Program-made: the position numbers and the translations under genes
Shown: piece by piece, positions 58,915 to 64,000 of the stretch
Numbering within the stretch: position 1 is the first letter of the stretch
Layout: each line of letters opens with the position of its first letter
Source: an uncultured Desulfatitalea sp.
GTDB lineage: Bacteria > Desulfobacterota > Desulfobacteria > Desulfobacterales > Desulfosarcinaceae
Assembly: GCA_963668675.2 (NCBI GenBank)
Contig: CAXXMB010000002.1
Coordinates: forward strand, 2,176,001 to 2,240,000
Direction: 5' to 3'
DNA: 64,000 nt
The notes under the pieces: generated by a model
Seen by the model: only the letters and a program-made list of their open reading frames with translations
The model's database searches: none
Told to the model about the DNA's origin: nothing

Positions 58915-58997
58915 TCCAGTTGAATCCATATCGAAAAGTAAAAAGAGGGCTGAGAAGGTTAAATTGCTCTGAATATACATCCAATGGAGGAGCCCGT

Positions 58998-59399
58998 ATG
59001 GCCGTTCGCGTATTGAGACTTGGTAGTGACCGGTCCGAAGACGAGGGGTTGCGCATCGGAACGGTCCGTCGTCCGCCCCGAGGTGTGCCAAAGGCGGAGT
59101 TCAGCTCACAGAACTGGTACGACACATGGCTGCCGAACCTCTCTCCGAGCGTTGAGACCATGAAGCTTGGAAAGCGTGCAACATCCGATAAGGAGTGGGC
59201 CGCCTTCAAGAAGAAGTATCGCGCAGAGATGTCAACGCCAGAGAACGCGCGGATCATTGAACTTCTGGCCGCTTTGTCCCACCACACGAATTTCTCAGTG
59301 GGGTGTTACTGCGAAAATGAAGCGCATTGTCATCGTTCGATATTGAGAGATCTTCTGGGAGAGAAGGGGGCCGTCGTTATCGGTGAAATGCAGCCATAA
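58998..59399 (+). CDS. DUF488 (YeaO-like) family protein
   Basis: EGLRIGTVRRPPRGV, W-x-LSPS, YRAEM, CYCENEAHCHR; GGAGG RBS. Confidence 0.8.
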   Translation: MAVRVLRLGSDRSEDEGLRIGTVRRPPRGVPKAEFSSQNWYDTWLPNLSPSVETMKLGKRATSDKEWAAFKKKYRAEMSTPENARIIELLAALSHHTNFSVGCYCENEAHCHRSILRDLLGEKGAVVIGEMQP

Positions 59400-59438
59400 A
59401 TATATCGGAATCATCCGTTTGCCATAAAGGAGTGGGTT

Positions 59439-60137
59439 GTGAAAAATTCCTGGAAGAACAAATTTGATACCTTTTTAAAAGGGTGGGGGTACTCTTTTTT
59501 GATTGCGATGTTAATTGCCACCTCCTTTAAATCGGTCATTGCCGATTGGAATGTGGTGCCGACCGGATCGATGAAACCGACCATCGTAGAGGGTGACAGG
59601 GTTTTTGTTAACAAATTGGCCTATGACCTGAAGATTCCCTACACCACATGGCATATTGCGCAGTGGGACGACCCGCAGCGGGGAGATATCGTCGTTTTTT
59701 ATTCGCCCGAGGATGGCAAAAGACTGATCAAGCGCATCGTCGGCGTTCCCGGCGATTCGGTATTGATGCAGAACAACCAACTGATCATCAACGGCGAAAA
59801 GGTCAAGTATGAAACCGTCGATGAATTGCCCGATACCGGCGTATTTCCTATTCGTGATTCTGATCAATACCAAGTTATAGAGTTTTTGGACGGCACACAC
59901 CATCCGATCATGATTTCTCCCCATCGTCCCGCCCTGCGTTCGTTCGGGCCGGTGATGGTGCCGGAAGAGAGCTTTTTAATGCTGGGGGACAACCGCGACA
60001 ACAGCGCCGATTCAAGGTACTTTGGACTGGTGGCGCGCAGCCGGATCGTCGGTCGGGCATCATCCGTTGTCATCTCCCTTGATATCAACAACAAGTATCA
60101 ACCGCGTTGGGAGCGTTTCTTCCATCGGCTGCCATGA
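59439..60137 (+). CDS. lepB: Signal peptidase I
   Basis: PTGSMKPT (Ser), LIKRIVGVPGD (Lys), GDNRDNSADSR. Confidence 0.93.
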   Translation: MKNSWKNKFDTFLKGWGYSFLIAMLIATSFKSVIADWNVVPTGSMKPTIVEGDRVFVNKLAYDLKIPYTTWHIAQWDDPQRGDIVVFYSPEDGKRLIKRIVGVPGDSVLMQNNQLIINGEKVKYETVDELPDTGVFPIRDSDQYQVIEFLDGTHHPIMISPHRPALRSFGPVMVPEESFLMLGDNRDNSADSRYFGLVARSRIVGRASSVVISLDINNKYQPRWERFFHRLP

Positions 60138-60207
60138 TGGCGATGTCGTGATTTGGATATGCTAATGGTGCTCCGGCGCTGGAGACAACAGGAAGGAGCG
60201 ATGCATC

Positions 60208-60852
60208 ATGAATACACCGAAAGGAAAAAATGAGAGTGACCCCCTTTTCGCCTCTCCAAAAGCACAAGTGGTGGGGATCGGCGGCAGTCCTCGGAAAGGC
60301 GGGAATTCAGATACGCTTTTAAGGGCGATTGCGGCGGGGGTTCGCAAAGGCGAGGTAGCAGCCGAGACGACCCACCTTAGAGATCTCTGCTTTAAGCCCT
60401 GCATCGGGTGTGAGCAGTGCAGGAAGCGGAAGCGCTGCACGGGGTTGAAGGACGGCATGTCGCTGCTCTATCCGGAGATCATTGCAGCCAAGGGCCTGGT
60501 GCTTGTGTCGCCCACCCACAATTACAACATCACGGCCTGGATGAAGGCGTTTATCGATCGGCTCTACTGCTTCTATGAATTTGACAACCATCGCCCAAGG
60601 GGATGGTCGAGCCGTTTGGCGGGCCAGGGGCGAAAGGCGGTTCTGGTGGCCGTGTGCGAGCAGAACAGCAAGGCTGATATGGGGTTTACGCTCGAAGCAA
60701 TGCGCCTGCCCATCGAGGCGCTGGGATATGAAATTATTGGGGAGTTGGCAGTTTTCAATCTGTTTGAGCGAGCAAAGGTGAAGGAGCTGGAGGAGACGAT
60801 GATCCGTGCGACGGCGCTCGGAGTTGAGTTGGCGAAAGCTGTTTCGATATAG
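60208..60852 (+). CDS. Iron-sulfur flavoprotein/flavodoxin family (NADPH-dependent FMN reductase-like)
   Basis: GSPRKGGNS, CIGCEQC-x5-C, SPT, MKAFIDR. Confidence 0.88.
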   Translation: MNTPKGKNESDPLFASPKAQVVGIGGSPRKGGNSDTLLRAIAAGVRKGEVAAETTHLRDLCFKPCIGCEQCRKRKRCTGLKDGMSLLYPEIIAAKGLVLVSPTHNYNITAWMKAFIDRLYCFYEFDNHRPRGWSSRLAGQGRKAVLVAVCEQNSKADMGFTLEAMRLPIEALGYEIIGELAVFNLFERAKVKELEETMIRATALGVELAKAVSI

Positions 60853-60880
60853 AGATCGCTGCTATGCGGAGTGCGGAAAT

Positions 60881-60919
60881 AAAAAAGGCTGGGAGGCGTT
60901 TATCCGCCCAGCCTTTTTT
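60881..60919. terminator. Bidirectional intrinsic terminator
   Basis: AAAAAAGGCTGGG...CCCAGCCTTTTTT between convergent genes. Confidence 0.85.
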
Positions 60920-60927
60920 TACGCCAA

Positions 60928-61347
60928 TTAGCGGTGGTTGATGATGGCGTCCAGTGCAAAAAGCGGGTTGCCGGTGAGGAGCGACAGAGCGACACCGCGG
61001 TGGGCATTCGTTTTTTTCACGACAACAACTTTGGCAATGCGCCCGTTATGATGGGGCTTTTGATGTTGGTACACCGGTCTGCGGTGTTGATCGTATTTCG
61101 GTCCTTGCGGCGCTTTGTGATATGGGCTCCGAAAGGCTTCATGTTGCGGATATTTTCCCAATGGAGGCCTCTTTTGGTAGTTGTTCGTGGAGCCGTGTCC
61201 GCCGTTGTGGATGGGAGCACTCTGGTAGCCGCTGCTGTGTCCGGTGTTGTGTCCCTTGTTACCCTTGCCGTCTGCCCATGCTGTTCCGCCGATGAAAAAA
61301 ATGATTGCGCTCGCTGCTATGATCCATTTGATGGCTGTTTTCTTCAT
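60928..61347 (-). CDS. Secreted His/Gly/Lys-rich hypothetical protein, paralog 1
   Basis: Signal peptide ending AWA; paralogous to 61653-62111; GAGGTG RBS. Confidence 0.75.
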   Translation of the reverse strand: MKKTAIKWIIAASAIIFFIGGTAWADGKGNKGHNTGHSSGYQSAPIHNGGHGSTNNYQKRPPLGKYPQHEAFRSPYHKAPQGPKYDQHRRPVYQHQKPHHNGRIAKVVVVKKTNAHRGVALSLLTGNPLFALDAIINHR

Positions 61348-61414
61348 GATTCACCTCTTGCGTTTTGTGTCCCTTGGTCGTTTGCTTTCAACCCTTGTGA
61401 GACTGTTTGACATC

Positions 61415-61447
61415 TATGACGCAGGGGTTGCTGTGAATGTTTACATT
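61415..61447 (-). promoter_or_regulatory. Putative ECF-sigma promoter, copy 1
   Basis: AATGTAAAC-N17-CGTCATA, conserved upstream of both paralogs. Confidence 0.55.
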
Positions 61448-61605
61448 TTGCACTTAAATTTTTAACTTTTTGAAATCGTGTGAAAATAGTTTTTTAATTA
61501 TGTTTTTGCCGCTGCAGGCTGGCCACTATTAGCGCTTAGGGGTAAAAGCAGGTGATAAGGCGGCTCAGTTGGAGTGATCTGATGTCGTCGTGGACGCTTC
61601 AATTG

Positions 61606-61646
61606 AAAAAAGGCCAGGCTGATCGATCTCCACCCGGCCTTTTTTG
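61606..61646 (-). terminator. Intrinsic terminator after paralog 2
   Basis: AAAAAAGGCC...GGCCTTTTTT hairpin immediately after the stop. Confidence 0.75.
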
Positions 61647-61652
61647 CATCCG

Positions 61653-62111
61653 TTATCGGTGGTTGATGATGGCGTCCAGTGCAAATAGCGGGTTGCCAGT
61701 GAGGAACGACAGAGCGACGCTGCTGCGGACATCCCTGCCTTTGACGACGCCCACGACCCGACCTCGGTGCCCGTCATGGTGGGGACGATGGTGATGAGGC
61801 CTGTTGATGCCATGGCCATAATGCGGTCGGCGATGTGTGTTGCCGTTATGCGGCCGGTAGTGCCCCTGGTACGGTTTGCGGTGCTGCGGGCCTCGATGGA
61901 GCCTGTCGCCGTGATGTTTTCCCAAGGGGGGGCGTTTCTGGTAGCCCTTGGTCCCTTGTCCGCCGTTGTGGTGGGGCGCGCTAAGGTATCCGTTCCCCTG
62001 CCCGCTTTTGTGGCGTCCCCTGTCACCCTTGCCGCCCGCCCAGGCAGTTCCGCTGATCAGAAAGATAACCGCGCTTGCCGCTATGATCCATTTGATGGCT
62101 TTTCTCTTCAT
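61653..62111 (-). CDS. Secreted His/Gly/Arg-rich hypothetical protein, paralog 2
   Basis: Same signal peptide, YQKRPPLGK and C-terminal LTGNPLFALDAIINHR as 60928-61347. Confidence 0.75.
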   Translation of the reverse strand: MKRKAIKWIIAASAVIFLISGTAWAGGKGDRGRHKSGQGNGYLSAPHHNGGQGTKGYQKRPPLGKHHGDRLHRGPQHRKPYQGHYRPHNGNTHRRPHYGHGINRPHHHRPHHDGHRGRVVGVVKGRDVRSSVALSFLTGNPLFALDAIINHR

Positions 62112-62179
62112 GATTCACCTCTTGCGTGTTTGTGTCCCGTGGTCGTTTGGCTTAAACCGTTGTGGGACTGTTTGGTAAG

Positions 62180-62212
62180 TATGACGCAAGGAGGTTGGGG
62201 AATGTTTACATT
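62180..62212 (-). promoter_or_regulatory. Putative ECF-sigma promoter, copy 2
   Basis: AATGTAAAC-N17-CGTCATA with a diverged spacer. Confidence 0.55.
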
Positions 62213-62278
62213 ATTTGAAAAAAAACAATAACCCTATGAAATCAATGGAATAATATATCAACCAGATGGGTTGGATCA

Positions 62279-63976
62279 TCAAAGCTTGCCGGACCGGATG
62301 ATTGAAAAGATGAGCCACAACCCCAGGATGGTGGCGATGCAGTATCCCGTCAGGCCAAGCAGCTGGGTGATGGGGATGGTCTGCAGACCGAACAGGTCGA
62401 TCTCGATGGCGAGTGCGTCGGGTGCCGTCGAGTTGAGGATCAGGGAGGCGGCAATGATGGATGCCGAGACCACCAGGCCAATGGTGAGCCGGTTCAGTCC
62501 GGTTTCAAATTTACTGGAGGCTTGGTCCAGGCCGTCATGCTTCAGGTCCAGGCGGTGTTCGCCCAGCGCCAGGCGGCGCAGGATGTCGTGGGTCAGCTTG
62601 GGCATCCAGCGCAGGTAGCCGCCGGCCGTTCTGGCTTCGCGGCCCAGGTTTTTGAACATTTTCTGGGCCTCGTAGCCGCGCTGCAGCAGCCGTTTGGCAT
62701 AGGGGCGGGTCACTTCGAGGAGGCTGGCGTCCGAATCGAGTATTTTGCCCAGCGCTTCGGTCTGAATGAAGGTCTTGAGCAGCAGGAGCAGGTTGCGCGG
62801 TAGGGTGACCCGGTATTTGCGTACCATTCGCATGAGCTGGTCGTGGACATCTTTGACCGCGATGGTTTTGAGTGCACGGCCGTAAAACGGTTCGCTGATC
62901 TCTTTCAGATCGACCCGAAACCGGCTGAAGTCCACCGTTTCGGGATGGATCAGGCCGGCCGCCTCGAAGGCCTCCATGACCAGGTCGTAGTCGTGTTCGG
63001 AAAAGCCCAGGAAGACATTGGCGATCTGCAGCATGGTCTCTTCGTCGAGGTAGCCCACGATGCCGAAGTCCACCAGGCTGACGCGGCCGTCATCCATGAC
63101 GAGAGTGTTGCCCGGATGGGGGTCGGCGTGGAAGATGCCTGCCTGCATCAGCTGGCGCGAGAACGAGCGCAAGCCGATGTTGGCGATCTCCTGGGGGTCG
63201 ATGCCCTTGGCTCGGATGTCGTCGACCCGGTCCATCCTGATCCCGTCGATATGCTCCATCACCAGCACCGACTTGGAGGTGTGCAGCCAGTAGACGTTGG
63301 GGATGTAGATCTCCTCGATCTCCTTGAAGCTCTGGGTGAAGCGCTCGATGTTGCCCGCCTCGATGAGCATGTCGAGTTCGCGGAATATGGTGCGCTCGAA
63401 CTCCTTGACCAGGTTGACCGCCCCCAGAACGCGGCCCAGTTCATAGCGCTTCTCGATGCGGGCGGCAAAGTAGTACATCACCTCGATGTCGTTTCGTATG
63501 CGCTTGTCGATACCCGGTCGGATCACTTTGACAGCTACCTTCTCCCCGCTCTTCAAATAGGCGCTGTGCACCTGGGCCACCGAGGCCGCGGCCATGGATT
63601 GAGGGTTGAAGTGGTCGAACACATCGTGCAGGGGTTGCTTCAGTTCGCGTTCGATGATCGCCTGGATCTCTTCGAACGGCACAGGCGGGACGCTATCCTG
63701 CAGCTTGCTGAACTCCTCGATATATTCGGGGGGAAACATGTCGCCGCGGGTGGCCATCAACTGGCCGAGCTTGATGAAGCTGGGACCCAGCTCTTCGAGG
63801 GCCCGGCGGATGCGCGCCGGGTTGGGCAGGCCCGATTTGACCCTTCCTGCGGCAGCCTTTTTACGGCTCCAGACTCGCTCGGAGACCTCTCCGAGGCCGT
63901 GCTTGATCAGAACGCGCGAAATCGCGCCGAAGTGCCGGATGCCGCGAATGCGGCGGCTGCCGAAGGGAAATTGCAT
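62279..63976 (-). CDS. ABC1/UbiB (AarF) family atypical kinase
   Basis: LGPSFIKLGQ, AAASVAQVH, VAVKV, FHADPHPGN, DFG, C-terminal TM helices. Confidence 0.92.
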   Translation of the reverse strand: MQFPFGSRRIRGIRHFGAISRVLIKHGLGEVSERVWSRKKAAAGRVKSGLPNPARIRRALEELGPSFIKLGQLMATRGDMFPPEYIEEFSKLQDSVPPVPFEEIQAIIERELKQPLHDVFDHFNPQSMAAASVAQVHSAYLKSGEKVAVKVIRPGIDKRIRNDIEVMYYFAARIEKRYELGRVLGAVNLVKEFERTIFRELDMLIEAGNIERFTQSFKEIEEIYIPNVYWLHTSKSVLVMEHIDGIRMDRVDDIRAKGIDPQEIANIGLRSFSRQLMQAGIFHADPHPGNTLVMDDGRVSLVDFGIVGYLDEETMLQIANVFLGFSEHDYDLVMEAFEAAGLIHPETVDFSRFRVDLKEISEPFYGRALKTIAVKDVHDQLMRMVRKYRVTLPRNLLLLLKTFIQTEALGKILDSDASLLEVTRPYAKRLLQRGYEAQKMFKNLGREARTAGGYLRWMPKLTHDILRRLALGEHRLDLKHDGLDQASSKFETGLNRLTIGLVVSASIIAASLILNSTAPDALAIEIDLFGLQTIPITQLLGLTGYCIATILGLWLIFSIIRSGKL

Positions 63977-64000
63977 TATCACTTCCTTTTGACCGCGCCC

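Noticed and set aside
1..64000. CRISPR arrays, tRNA/rRNA genes, transposases, prophage or defence genes
   Set aside because: No regularly spaced repeats, RNA-gene signatures or mobile-element protein motifs were seen by eye.

Overview
GC-rich (~60% by eye) chromosomal segment whose gene content and order (sirC-ccsA-hemA, fabD-dksA-PHP-rnc-radical SAM, tandem acyl-CoA dehydrogenases) suggest a deltaproteobacterium such as a Desulfobacterales member (inference). About 55 CDS were identified, with no rRNA, tRNA, CRISPR array, transposase or integrase. Housekeeping genes include alaC, acetoacetate-CoA ligase, ilvD, mprF, clpS, aroA-aroC-aminotransferase-tyrA, clpB, hemA, fabD, dksA, rnc and lepB. 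Two results stand out. (1) A complete candidate alanine-sensing transcription attenuator precedes alaC: a sigma70 promoter, a 23-aa leader MKSHHHAAAAAR..., mutually exclusive hairpins and an intrinsic terminator. (2) A co-oriented cluster resembles a mycothiol-like pathway (MshA-like glycosyltransferase, PIG-L deacetylase, GNAT, two Gfo/Idh/MocA oxidoreductases). It has no MshC but contains a peptidase-S51-fold protein fused to a CysRS-like C-terminal domain, hinting at tRNA-dependent aminoacyl transfer. Secondary items are a degenerate eIF-2B-like protein next to an ion transporter, an atypical Ser/Thr kinase plus FHA pair, duplicated His-rich secreted proteins with a shared ECF-type promoter, a perfect 58-bp palindrome, two REP/MITE-like families and two gene relics. 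All assignments come from motif recognition by eye; no searches were run.
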